The notes beneath the pieces were generated by a model. The model made no database searches, had not been told where the DNA came from, and worked only from the letters and a program-made list of their open reading frames with translations. A stretch of 64,000 nucleotides of DNA from Spirogloea muscicola. Lineage: Eukaryota. Shown in pieces: positions 1-13,249 of the stretch (positions within the stretch are counted from its first letter, which is position 1; each line of letters begins with the position of its first letter). Both the position numbers and the translations under genes were made by a program. Location of the stretch: the NCBI GenBank assembly GCA_009602725.1, contig WELB01000025.1:994678-1058677 (forward strand), in the 5' to 3' direction.

Positions 1-332
1 CCCCTCCCCCCCCCCCCCCCCCCCCCCCACCAATTCCTCCTGCCACTGCTGCTGCAACACTCCACTAGCAGCTCCAGAAGCTGCTAGATGCTAGCTGCTA
101 CGTCATCAAATGTGCGTGCTTTTGTACTTGGCCACTTTGGCCTTCGATGGTTTCAAATACACGCAATCTTTATTTGGGAGAGCTTATTGCTCCCAAAGTC
201 TTTCTCACTTACATCTTCTAAACAGGATGTGATGAGAGAGGGAGGACTGCAGTGCGCATGAATCCTCCTCAGCTCCCCGCTCCGCGCTAGAGCGCCGCCG
301 CCGCCTTTCTCCTGTGCTGGAGCAGTCATGGC

Positions 333-1770
333 TGCAGGAGCACCTAGAGCAGCAGGACATGCAGCTGGCAGTTAACATACTTACCTGAAGCATTGCGCAG
401 CGCCCGCATACCTGGTCTGGCTGTCCCTCTGTCCACTGCAGCGGAGGCAATGTACAAGACACTGAATGCAGGCACCCTGGCGAGCGCGGCGGCCCTCGTT
501 CAGCAGACGGCCCTCCTCGACACGCGGCCGCTGTGCTACAGGCCTTCCTGTCCATCAGACACGGCGGTGTGAGCTGCCACCAGCTTGCCGCGACTGCCTG
601 GCTGCGCAAGCGGGCAGCTGGCCGCAGGTCCCCGCTCCTGTGTCCCAGCGTTCATCCTACATGGCTGTCGAGCGCTGGAGCAGAGCACACCTCACGCACA
701 TTGTCGACCTGGGGCCCAAGCTTGCCACATGATGGAGGTGGAGCAGGCCTTTCACTCGGCTACGTGAGCTCCTGCCCAAGGGACGACCTCTGTGGGCACG
801 CCTGGCAGCGGTCTGTGTCCTCCACAGGAGCGGCGGCGTGTTTGATGGTGCTCCCAATTTGCTCAGCATTTTGCAAGCTGGACGGGATTGCCCAGATGCC
901 AGTCAATCACCTCGCAGCTTTCAGCCGCTCTGCTTCACTAGCATGGTGCAGTGCCAGTGTGGAGAGCGTTGTGCTGACAAGTCGGGGTTGGCTGTGCACA
1001 TGCTCCCCAGTGCTCGTGGGTGGAGGCGGACTGGCACCCACGACCTCCTCTGGACAGCATGTCTGGCGTCTTCCTGGAGAGGATGGCTGCCACGTGGCCA
1101 ATTGTGCATAAATCATGCCCATCCAGATGCGGCTGACAGTTGTCTCTACACGCTGGGCGCATAACCTCGTCGCCATCACGCCTGGCTGGTGGCCCCCATA
1201 TCTTTGTGGACATTTTGACCACAGACTCCTGAGACTGCACATACTTGAACCCCATATTTGGAGGAGGCTGGGCATGCAGTTGGCAAGGCTGCACACTCCA
1301 AGGAGCATGTAAGTACCTGTATGGACCACCCGATTGGTGACGCCATAGTTGTGCTGGCTGCTTACGTGCATGGCACGTACGAGAGTTGGTGGCTTGATCT
1401 TGACTAGCAGCTTGCTTGGCAAGCGGTAACACAGCGTCAAGGGCAGCTGGGTGAGCAGCCCGATCCATTGCCTCGGTTTGCTCGCTCAGAAGTACCTGAG
1501 CGCGCCTTTCCAACATGCTCCAGCATTGTCAGGCTTTTGCTGCGGATCTCGTGCTGGCCTCGCCTTGGCTGCTGGCTCCTGCTTTCCTCCCAGCCCAGTT
1601 GTTGATCACTCCATCTTTCGATTATTGACTAGTGGTTATTGAGCACTTAGTTTGTAACTAGCCACTTGCTTGGCTGCGTCGTTTGCGCTTTGGTTTCTTC
1701 AGGAGATCGTCTTTTTCTGGTGGGCTAGCATTTCACAGCCATTGTTCCACTGAGGAGAGTTTCTCCTTCT
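333..1770 (+). mobile_element. Degenerate 5'-truncated CRE-like non-LTR retrotransposon (thumb, Zn knuckle, RLE remnants, 3' UTR)
   Basis: Frameshifted peptides QCQCGERC..AVHML...RTGTHDLL and C-terminus FRLLTSGY* (stop 1640-1642) match the copy at 30900-32359; a decayed GGGCTAGC..CACAGCC hairpin lies near 1720-1740. Confidence 0.8.
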
Positions 1771-2449
1771 GAATGAAGAGGGGAAGGGTGGAGAATTCTT
1801 CACCTCCCCTGGAACCCTTGAGATGTTAGACTTTGTACTTTGTTGCTATGTTAGTGTTGCAGCGACATTTCATTCATTGCCTTCCCATGTCTTTCTTCAC
1901 TGCGTGCCTGGGCTTGGTCAGTGATGGCCTTCTTAGACATATCTGCTCAACTCTCAGTATTTGTGATTGATGACTATTACACTGTCCATCACTATGTTTC
2001 TGGATCATTACAGTGTCCATCACTATGTTTCTGGATCATGAGCAGCTGGGGCCAAGTACAACATTGTAGCAGGGAAAAACTTGGGACAATGACGACATTA
2101 GACAATCAAGAAAGCAGACAAGGTAGCCTTGCAGTTGCCATAGCAGATGGTGCAAATCGTGGACCGCACCATCGAACTCCTCAATCGCACTCTCCTCGAT
2201 CTTTTGCTCTTGTCTTGCTTGCCGCACTACGGGACCAGATACTATGCCAATAAGAAACAACCACTGAGCTTGAGTACACAGCCGCTGCAGCCATTGCCAC
2301 GCTATCGCCCCTCCATGGTGCCGGCTGATAGCAAGGCTGCCCTGTCTGCTTGCGCAATCATCTGGCCAAGTTCTTGCATGCTTCAGATCTGTAGCGGACC
2401 ACCTCCACAGCTGCCCCACTTGACCCATCTGCCTCCAGTGCTGTGACCC

Positions 2450-4080
2450 TGTAGCCGCCACCACGCTGCGACTCTCTTGTACCTCCTTGGGGATCCTCTG
2501 GCCGCTGTACTTCGAACGGCCTAGCAGCCTCTGCGTCGCCTTCTGCTCCTCCTCGGCGCCGCCAACATGGCGATTGACACTACCCCATCGTCTCCGCTGC
2601 TGCCACCCTCATGATCTGCCATCATTGCTGCAGGCGCTTCTCAGAGCATGCCGCTGCTCAACAATTACCATTTTGCCCTCACCACTTTGACTTACCCCAC
2701 CTCAATGACACTTGCTGTCATCCCTTGTGCCCGATCATTGCCGCCCCACGCCGGCCCATACTGCCTGCACTGCTGCTCCACCAGCTGCATCGCCACCTTC
2801 ACCATCATCGGGTGCCAGCCTCCTTCACCCTTGATACACAGGCAAGGTCGTCACCACTATGCTCTAAAGAAGCTGAATTGTAGCTCCCCTTCCACCTGCT
2901 TGCAAACCAAGCATTTTGCAACCCAACTGCTTCCCAAGTGCCGGTGGCAACCAAAGACCTGCTGTCACCCCCATTGGCTCCCTTAGCCGCTGCGCCTCCA
3001 TGTCCTCCCTGTCCCTGCCCTCCCTTCATGACCAGCATAGCAGCCAGTTGCATCTTCTTGCAGTCCTGTGCATCAGTCTCTACCACTGACTCCAGATTCA
3101 TCGAGTGCTGCTAAGGGTGACTGTCAGAACATTGGCGTGCAGAGGTGCCAATTTACAGGTGCAGCAGCAGTAGCTCTAAGGATGTGCTTCCAATGAGCTG
3201 CAAACTTTGTCACGGCCGACGACCAGAGCCAAGCCCAGCTCCACTGTGCACTTCTCCTGGCGTGTTGGATGCAAGTGGCAGACAGTTGTTTTGTGATACG
3301 CTGTGCAGCAGCGCCCTGGTCGCCCTTCCTTCCGGGATAAGTAGAACATGGCAGTGTGTGCCCAATTATTGGGGAGGCAGATGTCACTGCCTTTTATGAG
3401 CATGATAGGTGCGGCTGAGAAAATGGACTGGATGGCCCCTCATGAACCCTGCATGACAGCATGAAAAGCATCTTAGCAAGGTGGGCTCTCAAGCATCATA
3501 TGCCACCTCATCCTTTGTGCCAACAGGTGCATGCAGCCGGGGCTTTCATCGGCAGTTTGATCCTGCTGGGGCCGCTTTGGCGATGACTTGCGCCTCTCAG
3601 CTATCGCTGCATTCACTGGCTGCTTCACTGTTATCGCCGTGTATCTCTTTGCAAGGAGCACTGCTGCATTGTCCGAGCCGAAATTGCTGAAAGGAAGCCA
3701 AGTATGCCAATCACCCCCAGGCAGCTAAATGCTTACTTAAGCTGTTAGACAATTTCGTGGTGCATCGCAAAAGCATTGACTTACATATTTGCTCGCATGT
3801 TGTGGCGGGTTGTAGCCCAGACCAGGAGCGTCCGTGTACTGAAGTTCCCTCCTTGTGAGCTTCTCAATCTCGGATGCAGCGTCCTGCCCAATACAGTGCT
3901 CACAGGTTACGGCCTTGCATGTACACTCTTGGCGTTGGCCTCTACATCTGCTTACTGCCTGGGACAGGGAGTGAATTTGCTCAAGTCAGCTCGTGGGAAG
4001 GGTGGCTCCTGAGCTGTGGCATCAGACCATCCGTTATTGTTGGGGTGTTGAGGTTCTTCTTCATCCCTACTCGCTGAATA
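2450..4080 (+). mobile_element. Ancient decayed CRE-like copy
   Basis: Remnant motifs EAKYANHP (~3695; cf. KELKYADHP) and GTGSEFAQVSSWEGWLLSCG (cf. GQGTHFQEPSLSDLRLLSRGY); DNA similarity to 24780-25430, 39700-40210 and 42570-42950. Confidence 0.6.
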
Positions 4081-4499
4081 TCGTTCATAAGCAGCGCCCT
4101 TCTATGCTGGACCTGATGAAAGGGGGTTAGTGGAGGTGGAGGAGAGGGCAGCGGTGGTTACTATTGGTGTGGGTCGCTTCTGTCCTTCCTCCCACCATCT
4201 GCCCTTCATGACCTCTGACATCACCCACGGCCTTTCCACTTCGAAGTCAACACCATTGAGAAGTCGCTCTTGACAATAGCGAGCTCCACCCAGGCGGCTT
4301 AGCTCGAATGGCCAGCCTGAAAAGAGAGTCTACAAAAGTGAGGAAAGAGAATGAGAACCCATGTGGAAGGGCAAGTGCCTGAAGCAAACGCGCCCTAAAA
4401 GTCGGCTACTTGATTACACAGTAGCCTTTGGGCGTTGATTGACAGACCAGCCGATCGCGAGTTGGGCCAGACGCCGCTCGCCTCTGCAAGAGTGTAAAG

Positions 4500-6450
4500 C
4501 CATGCTGTCACTTGTGATGGTCATGCCATCACCATTAGCACTACCATCACTTCTCGTCCTTTACCTGGTAGTCACAGGCTCTATAAAGACTGCTACCTTG
4601 TGCCATCCAGAATAGGCATGCTGGTCTTTGTCAAACCCTTTCTGACTCTGCTTGCTCGGTCAGCTTGATGGTGACCACTACAGGTAGTGAGCAGAGCCAC
4701 TATCTTTAAGGGTCTCTTGTGCGTAACCCTTGCCCTTGGCCACAACTTCACAGCCAGGACTGGACCACCCATAATACTGAGAGGCGGCTGAATAGTGGAC
4801 AGCGGAGTGGTGGTTGCATCCGTATAGTCTACTGTTGACAGGATATGTTGGCCTCTCTCCAGTATTGAATATGGTATGAAGTAACAGCGAGTAGAGCTGG
4901 GAAATCCATCTAGTGCACCCTTATGGGCCCCTGTAAAGGGATGCCCGGTCTCAAATGCATTTGAGGCGACTGCGTCTGCTCCCATGCCTAGCTATGGCTG
5001 CTGCCTGTTTTGCGTGTGGGCTCAGCCTGAGCTGATCTGAAGTCTGTCTGCCGCTCTGAGCGGATCTGCATCTGTATTACTGTTATTGAGACAAGAAGTG
5101 GCAGTGGCGGCGGCTGACGAAGCCAGTCGAGAGAAGCAACTGGACGAGTTGCCAACAGCCTATGGGCCAACTGGGCAGCTCGCTGCCTGTCCTCGCTCCC
5201 AAGCTGTTGCGTCATGCAGATTGAATGACCTGAGATAATGGATAATGCAAGCCGCAGAAGGTAGGAACGTATGGGGTGCTGTTGAGCCAGAGTCTGATGA
5301 TTGAGATCATACAAGTCTGGCGGGCCCATACTCACGACTTTCACCATATCAAACATCAGGATAGAGCCAGTGCAAGCAGCGTGCTTGCTTGTGTCAATGA
5401 CCAGCATCAGCTTAGAGGTCCGTCACATGCCGGCTAGTACAAGACCTAGCCAAACATTGGAGCTAGTGTAGCAAGAAAGTAATGTCTTGGATGACCTTTC
5501 TACATGCATACATATATGAAAAGCGGACTAGTATGCAACACCGTCCCAAATTTGTCTGTGAAGTAACAACCGTAGCAGCCAGTGGTTGCAATGACTTAGG
5601 AATATTTGCTGTCTGTACACACTTCACATGCTCAGAGTGAGCTAGTAAAGCACAAATAGAACGACCTCAGCATCCTCCCTACCTATGTACACATCCATGG
5701 AGGAAACAATGCACAAAACCGTAGGTAGGGATTGTGCATCATTCATCCAATAACATCAATTGCAGCGAGTTGCTGCTGAAGATGTAAAGAAATGCTCTGT
5801 ACATTGCAGCATTGACCGGCTCTACAGAAGCTCATAAGCGAGAACAAGGTTGTAGAGTTGAGTTATGAAAGCATCTCACTTGGGAAGAAAAGGTCACACG
5901 TATGAAAGGTGAACGTCCCCCTCAATATAGCGAGCTGAAATTGGCATACGAGTCTATGGATCAAGATTGAGCTCTGGTGGGTCATGTTTTGGCTCTAACC
6001 ACGCAGGAGGAGCCGATTGTTGACTCCGCGACGAGCGCAGCCTTGCCTTGCACCACTGGTGCAGCCGCCATGACGGCATTGCTGCAGGAGAACGTGGCGC
6101 GAGCTCGAGTGCTCGGGGCTAACTTGGGCAACCCACAAGCACGTTGTACATCATTAATTTGCAGGAAATTAGAGCGCACTGCTCGTCCGACTACCTGCTC
6201 GTGGAGGCGGAAGCCGTCGTGCTCGGCGTTGCTGGCGGGGACGGCGGTGTGGTCGAACGGCTGGAAAGGGCCGCCACCGAGCGGCGGCGGCCGAGACGGG
6301 CGCAGAGGGCAGAGGGTGAGGCTTGGGAGTGGCAGGCAGCCCTGGGGCTAAAGTTGCACTGAGGGCCTGGAGCAGACAGGGAGATCGGTGCACAGGAGAG
6401 CTCAGGCGAATGGCAATTAGCCCTCTAACCAGCCAGCATGAAATGGCTGC
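4500..6450 (-). mobile_element. Ancient decayed CRE-like copy (RT and N-terminal remnants)
   Basis: AVASNAFET...GFPS resembles AVDVKNAFNT...SFPS; 6170-6240 resembles 27755-27815; weak by-eye similarity only. Confidence 0.35.
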
Positions 6451-6899
6451 CAACAACGCGAGGAGTGAAGTCCTGGCGCCGTCCGGGGCTCGCGCAATCG
6501 CCGGGCGCGGCGCCATGGCGGTTGTTGCTGCAAAACAGATGAGCGGGCGGGCTTGAGCGCGGGCAACCCAGCTTCGGGCACGACGAGGACGAGCACTCGA
6601 TTGTGCTGCCTCGCGATTGTGAGGAAATCGGAGCGCGCCGCGCGGCCGTCGACCCGGGGCAAGGAAGCGCCGGTGGCGATCCAGCGAGGCGGCGGCGCCG
6701 TGTGTGGGAGGAGCTGCAGGGAACTGGCAGAGGTCGGGAGGCGGAGCGTCCATATATGCGGGGTCCCGCCCTGCCACCACCACAACGCCCTGGCGAGCAT
6801 CTTTCTCCCGTAGATTCCACTGGAGCCACTTCCTGCTCGCCACGCGGCCACCGCAGGGCGCGTTGGGGAACGGGGGGGGCGATGGCAAGCAGAGTAAGC

Positions 6900-6985
6900 G
6901 CTTGGTTGTTCCAGCCCCTATTCTCAATGGGCGAGCACTTTCTTGCAAAGGACAGCCCCTACTCTCAATGGGCGAGCACTTTCTA
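6900..6985 (+). mobile_element. Two tandem ultra-short CRE 3' termini
   Basis: CAGCCCCTA(T/C)TCTCAATGGGCGAGCACTTTCT occurs twice. Confidence 0.8.
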
Positions 6986-6999
6986 CAAAAACAAAAAGG

Positions 7000-7775
7000 A
7001 ATTGCTCGCCGCGAGGGAAAGACGGGGGCTAGCAAAGCCAGCCCAGAAAAGAATGGGCAATATCCTAAGGCCACAAAGAAGAAAGAGCTCGCCCATAGAG
7101 AAGAGAAGAGCTCGCCCATAGAAGAGAGGGGCTGGCAGAAGCCAGCCAAAAAAGAATGGACAATATCCAAAGAGCTCCAACACTAGCTAGGCATCTAGAC
7201 AACTAGACATGACGGAACCACACGAAGTTCAATACCCGCGGGTGAGCAACATCAGGTCAGAGTAGCTCGAGGCTGGAAAAGATGCAGCCGGGCGAGACCC
7301 GGAAGCAGCAACAAGAGCACGGCCCGCGCGCGAGTGGACGGCATGTGCGAGTGAGCGTTGGAGGGACACGGAGAGCCGCATCCGGAAAACCTGGGCCAGG
7401 GAGCCGGCCGCGTTGAAGCCGGGCAGCCCCCCTGGCGGACCCGGCCGCCGCTCCATGGCCTGCCGGGCAAGCCGCTGGAGGAGATCCAGCCAGCCGCTGC
7501 CGTAAGCCCCGTGGACGTCTATGGCAAGGGCCGCGAATTCATCACCGGGGGGGTGATCGGAATACTTCCGCTCCTTGCCCCGGGCCGCCAACGCGACCGC
7601 ATGCCCAGCGGTCGTCGCCGACTTGGAGGGGTTGGCGGAGTCGACACAGTCGGCGGTCACCACATCTGCGATGATACGCGAACCGCCGCCGGGCGGGATG
7701 GCGACTAGGTCTGCGCGTCGGGTGTGGAGTTGACCATCAGCGCCGCGCACGAGGGGCATTATCGAGGTGTGCCCA
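7000..7775 (-). mobile_element. 5'-truncated CRE-like copy: RLE domain and 3' UTR
   Basis: ORF 7229-7903: RRADLVA..IIADVVT..KERKYSDHP..FAALAIDVHGAYG..RMRLSVSLQRS..SYSDLMLLTRGY*; hairpin modules downstream at 7030-7165. Confidence 0.9.
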
Positions 7776-7975
7776 GAAAGAATGAACATTGTCCAAAGCC
7801 AAAGAAATAAGTGCCGGAAAAAGCCAGCCCGAAAAGGAATGAACAAAGTACGAGAAGCGGGGCCAGGGGGACCGCTAAGACGAACAAGCATAGAAGGAAA
7901 CAAACCACTCAGTAACCCCTGCTAATTGAGCAGCCGCAGATTAGAGAAGCTAGGCTCCTGGAAGTGGGTCCTCAT
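7776..7975 (-). mobile_element. Short CRE 3' end (subfamily A1) abutting the previous copy head-to-tail
   Basis: Reverse complement encodes THFQEPSFSNLRLL, followed by a UTR with GGGCTGGCTTTTTCCGGC. Confidence 0.75.
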
Positions 7976-8169
7976 CACCTTGCACTTACGCCACTTCATC
8001 TTGCACAGAGAGAACGATGACTATCGCCTATAACAGACTTACAGGGATGGGCAACCGGGGCGCCCGCGCGGCGTCGTGGGGGCTGCCGCCTTCCCCGCCC
8101 TCCCTCCCTCTGCGGCTATGCTGCGTGCGTCGCCCATTGCCCCGCCCCCGCCGTTCTGCCCTCCTTTTT

Positions 8170-8860
8170 CAGCACCTCTTTCTTTGGCTTTGAACATTGT
8201 CCATTCTTTTTGGGTTGGCTTTGCCAGCCTCTCTTCTCAATGGGCGAGCACCTTCTTCCTGCCCTCCCCCTCGAACTTTGTTCTTTCTTTCTTCTGGGCT
8301 GGCCTCTCCCAGCCCTTTCCTGTTTTGTCCATTCTTTTTTGGCTGCCTTCTGCCAGCCCCTCTCTTCTATGGGCGAGCTCTTTCTCTTTCCTGGGCTGGG
8401 AGAGGCCATTTCGAAATTGTCCATTCCTTTGGGCTGGCCTTTCCCAGCCACCAGTCAATCTGGCCGCACTTCCTCTTTCCTGGACGCGTCTTTCAGGTCT
8501 TTCTCCCCACCCCTGCCCATGTCTTCAGAAGAAAGTGAGAATAGGGGCTGGAAAAACCAGCCCGAAAAAGAATGAACAGAGCACGAGATGTCTTCGCTCC
8601 CAACGGCTCTTCCTCGCCGGGGCCCCCGGCTTGGTGAGGGGTGGCGGAATCCTCCCGCCACCCCTGCCCCTGCCCCTGGTCCTGCGCCGCCGGTTTGCAC
8701 ATGTGTACGTTCCTCTGACAGTCATTGCCTTACATTAGCAGGAGAAGAAAGTGCTCGCCCATTGAGAATAGGGGCTGGAAAGGCCAGCCCGAAAAAAGAA
8801 TCAACAAAGGACGAGAAGGGGGCCAGGGGAAGCGCTAAGAAACACAAGCACACAAAGATT
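8170..8860. repeat. Cluster of CRE 3'-UTR modules (+ strand 8170-8480; - strand 8530-8590 and 8745-8855)
   Basis: Repeated TTGTCCATTC..GG(G/T)CTGGC..CCAGCC..TGGGCGAGC..TTCT units. Confidence 0.8.
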
Positions 8861-8869
8861 AGCAGGGCT

Positions 8870-9735
8870 CTCCTCTTTCCCGCTTGCCTCACTGAGTGCT
8901 TGCCAATGCAGTCTCGAGCGGCGCTCGATGCTAGGAGGACGGCAGCATTTTGTTGCGCCCCATCCCGTCTGTAGCTCGTTCCTGCCTATCTGAGTTGGGT
9001 TGACACGCCACTATCTGAGGCTGAGTCATCTTCCCTGGCGTGGAACAGACTCGAGGCTGCCTGTCCCAACTATCAAGGTCAAGGAGAGCGCTCGACTAAC
9101 GGCGATCGAATAGTAGCAGATGACGGGCAAAGGGGCAAGGCCCGCGCGTCTTTTGGCCCACTGCCAGATGCCCGCTCGATGCGCAACAGCGAGGCAAGAA
9201 GGCCTCGGAGAGAGCAGATGATAATGTTCCCGAGAATATCCTCGAACAGCTATTTTGATGTAATGCCACAAACTTTGAGAGGCCGACCCAGGAGGAATGT
9301 ACAAGGAAGAAACAAAGAGGAAGTGGGGCTGTGCAGTCCGCCAAGCGGCAAGTGCCAAGGAGCGGAGATACGCGATGAGTTTGCGTGAGAGTCGCTGACT
9401 CGACCTACTCCAGCACTTGCGCGGCGTGCTATAGCCAAGGGCAGCAGAGCGAGCAGCCAGCTTCCTATCTGTCGCTCTTGCGACGACGAGTTTCGGCCTG
9501 TTTGCAGCGTGCTCAGGCTAGTGCCTTGCACCAGAAAGCTGGGCGAGCTCTAGTTGGTGGCAGAAGGGCTCCGTTTCTGGCATCTGGTATTCATGCATCG
9601 AGTAGTGACCTTTATATTTTGACCCGTGGTTATTGAGCGGGTCATTCTGCTGTAGGTTATGTAGATCTTAGATGTGCTTGCCTTTGTACTTGGCCATTTG
9701 GCCTACATTTCTTTCTAATACACGGAATTACCTTT
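8870..9735 (+). mobile_element. Degenerate CRE-like copy, subfamily B
   Basis: GCAVRQAASAKERRY remnant; ORF end YLSLLRRRVSACLQRAQASALHQKAGRAL..SSSDLYILTRGY* (9636); B-type UTR TGCTTGCCTTTGTACTTGGCCATTTGGCC. Confidence 0.85.
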
Positions 9736-10067
9736 TCGAAGCCGCCGGGTCGCTTGCTCACTTTTATCGAATGCGCCTTGCCATCGCTCTGCAGCATTAC
9801 CTGGCGGTCGCACGAGGAGCACTAGCGGGCAGGCCGCGCCTTGGCCGCTGGCTCCGACTTTCCACACTTGCGGACAGGCCGCGCCTTGGATGCCGGCTCT
9901 GGGTTGCGACAGGGCGACGATGACCCGCCCTTACTACTCTGATCTGCATTTGTACACTCAAAATTATTGAGCTTTTTATTTGCAGAAGTTTTGAAAAGTA
10001 TTTTGGTGTTTTGGTAAATACCGGCCCTGTCCGACCTTCTTCAAGACTTTTGGGCTGACCTCTCTAT
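9736..10067 (+). mobile_element. Short CRE 3' end, divergent subfamily (paralog at 51790-52230)
   Basis: FEAAGSLAHFYRMRLAIALQ...YYSDLHLYTQNY*. Confidence 0.75.
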
Positions 10068-10299
10068 ATGACAACCTGGCCTCCGTACACACTGCGTACA
10101 CACAGTCAGGCTGAAGTTGTTCTTGTTAGGTTCGGTTGTAGGCATACGCCAAAGGTGCTGGTAACGCTTCAACCACAGCCATCTACATTCTTCAGGAGAG
10201 CTATTACAAATCAGGGGGCGATGGCTGTGAAAGGCGAGCCAGAAATCAACAGAGAAGCAGCTCTTGAAGAGGGGGTGATGGCTGTGATGTGAAAGGTGT

Positions 10300-13160
10300 T
10301 CTGAAGTTTCCTACAGGGGGGGATGGCTCTGGAAAGCCAGCCCATGAAAATGAACAAGGAGAGGGCACTCTAACAATCTACGAGGACCGTGGATGTAGGC
10401 GCTGCAGATGTGTTGGGCGAGGCCACTGCAGAAGGACGCTAAATTCAACAACCCATGGTCGCATGGACCACTTGGTCCAGAGTTCGATGCGAGGTGAGTC
10501 ATCGCATATTCCATCGGTGGCTTATTTGTGTTAATTGGAAGAAGAGAGCTTTTCAAAAGCAAGGCGATGGTGATTGGACTCGGAAGCTGATTTGGCTTGA
10601 CAATTGGATAGTTCGGGCTGTGTGAATCAAGCCAAGGGGAAAGCCTCTTTCTCTGCTGCAAGAGTCTTTCTTCCAGGCCAAAGGACGAGGCTCATGATTT
10701 AGGTCACAACGATGACAGGACGACAGACAAAGCACCAACAGAGTATAAATGTTTTGCCTTCTTGCCTCTAATGTTGTCGAGTGGGGCGCTTGCTGCTTCG
10801 AAAGGCGGCTCCCTGGCTGCCACGCAGTCGCCTCGGTTGCAGTTGAGTCAGTGGTACACATTTTGATACATATTATCTCTGTTTTCCTTCTATTGGAGAG
10901 CGCAGCCACATCAACTGGTGGCTAGGAGAGGCCAGCCCAAAGGAGTGCACAAGGTCTGAAGTGACGCTATTGGGTTTGTAGTGTAGTCCTTTTCGGCACT
11001 TCTTTCGTTGGCTTTGGACGTTGTCCATTCTTTTTGGGTTGGCTTTGGCAGCCCCTCTTCTCTATGGGCGAGCTCCTCTCTATTGGGACGCTAGCTCAAC
11101 GTACCTCTGGGCCGCGGCCCCTTGGGCCGGTTCTTCGAGCCGGCTCCTCGGGTGTCTACCCCCCGGGGCCACCGCCCTCTTTGTCGCACTCCGGCTCCTT
11201 CAGACGTTGTCCATTCCTTTGGGCTGGCCTTTCCCAGCCACCAGTCAATCTGGCCGCGCTTCTCTCTGTGTAAGCAGATCCTGTCATTGTCCATGTATAG
11301 GACAATGGGCCTTGTGCACTCTCACTACAAACAGCGACCACGCACGCCACCGTCCTTGATCAGCTTCCGGCCTGCTTCCTTGACCATCACCACCATGGGT
11401 AGGAAAGCGAGGAAGGAGCGTGGCAATCCATCAAAGGAGCGCCGCTTCTACTACATCATCATTCAGCTGATCGCCGACCTCCAGCTGAGAGATGATGATA
11501 CTTCTGGACCTGAGCTCTTATACAGCTCTGAAAGAGCAAAATGCAATAATCTACACAGCGATCGGCTTTGGTTGCGTTCCAGCACTCCGGCACCATGCTG
11601 TCTCGCGCCATAAGTCCCGGTTGCGCCATCTCCAGCTCGAGGAAGCAGTTGACTCCCCAAGTCGTCAGCCTGGTGAGGTACCTTGCTTCTACTGTTCAGG
11701 CCATTTCCTGTGGCGTTGACAGTCCAACAACCGCTTGGAGAGGTGTCTTCAGGAATCTGTCAAGAGCCGGAGTGACAGTCCAGCTTTGTAAGTATCATCC
11801 ACGATAGGCTTAGAGAAATTCAGACCTTAGAAAAGAGATTTCTATATACTAGTCCAGAATATACCCATCCTTTGTGTTGGTTCTCAGATCTAATCTGTCA
11901 AGGTTAATGTGCAATTACAATACCTATGACCTTGTACAGAGGTCGTCTTGTAGTCGCGTGCAATGCATCTACTGCTTGCTTGTCTGCTCTTACATGTATG
12001 CTTGTCCACGCAAACCAGATTAAGCTGCGGGCTTGTCAGGAGATTAACCTTGGCCCGGTCGTTTAGCGACAACCTCTGTGCAGTCTCGTTGATGAGTTTC
12101 TGGACAGTACAGTCGGGAGCAATTGCCAATTGCCTATCTATACTGGTTCACCTAATCAGTTCGCATCCCTTTACTTGCACAGCAGGCTCTAGTGAGCAAG
12201 GTGTGTTCAGTGGGTTTTAAACTGTTGCTAGTGATTCAAGGAAGCTTCAGATTCAGAAGAGACTGCTCAGTCCTTTAACAAGTGCTCAAGTCAGTCCCTA
12301 AATAAGAAATTTGTTTGATCACTTACTGTGCTTTCCTTTCTGAGACTGATTGTCAATTTCTCAGGTTGGCCTCCCATCGGACTGCCTTTCCCGCTGACAA
12401 GCTAACCGAATGAACTGCGAAAAAGGCAGCGAAGTAGAGATTGGCCTTTTAGTGTTGACAGGCACAAGTATGTAAGTTGGTCTGTAAGAACATCGTAATT
12501 CACTAACATTGACGATCGGATGACTCAAATGACTCAGCCGGGCCCTCCGCTCCCTTTCATTACGGTCAGGCGAAAACCTAAACCCTAAACTCACATTCTC
12601 TGTTAGGGCAGGCCGTCTGGCCGTTTAGCTCCCCCCGTCACCATGGCCAATGTCGCCCGGGACGGATTATCACCAATATCCATACCCCCACAGATAGCCA
12701 ACCTATACTCGCCATGGCAATACTATGAGAAGAAGATAATATGAGTCAAAGTCCTAGACTGTGCATACGGAACCTTCATTTGCTCCAGGAGCGGCTTTCG
12801 AAGGGCCGCGTGCACCAGGATGGCTTGATGCACCGATGCCGTCTTTGGCACGGCGAACACAGTAATTTCCCCAACCGAAGCTGAGCTGAAAGTACCGTGC
12901 TCGCGAATCCCTTAACATTAGACCCAACAGTGAGTCCGCCTTATAGATCCACCCGTGCAGCCACCTCAGCATCCTTGTCATATCTGTATGAAATAGTCAC
13001 CGACGCATTGTCGCGAAAAGGTGGCTTGCTGGAACACAGTCCCAGACACTTCAGTAGAGATCTGGACAATCGGTCCTCCGTTTTGCTGTAATGACATGTG
13101 TGACAATACCGATCAAACCTTGGTTCTCAAGAAGGGTCCAACACAACAGGAGTAACGGCA
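10300..13160 (-). mobile_element. 3' two-thirds of an ancient CRE-like element X (paralog of 52440-55000)
   Basis: Colinear DNA similarity to 52440-55000; remnants NVKGFASTV (cf. DVKNAFNTV), NMR.LTSHRTLDQVVH (cf. RMRLAVSLQRSLAFAVH); terminal GGGCTGGCTTTCCAGAGCC hairpin at ~10325. Confidence 0.55.
12573..12590 (+). repeat. Interstitial plant-type telomere repeat
   Basis: AAAACCTAAACCCTAAAC; absent at the paralogous site ~54437-54446. Confidence 0.75.
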
Positions 13161-13249
13161 ATCAAGTTTAGATCACTCTCACCTCTGTCACCGGAAGGGG
13201 ATCCCCTATCCTCAACAAGCGAGCCCCTTCACTTACGATCCTTGGGAGA

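Noticed and set aside
1978..2040. 31-bp tandem duplication
   Set aside because: Simple local duplication with no further structure
8170..8480. Palindromic repeats with variable spacers resembling a CRISPR array or terminators
   Set aside because: Irregular spacing, diverged units, no cas genes and a eukaryotic context; explained as retrotransposon 3' UTR modules
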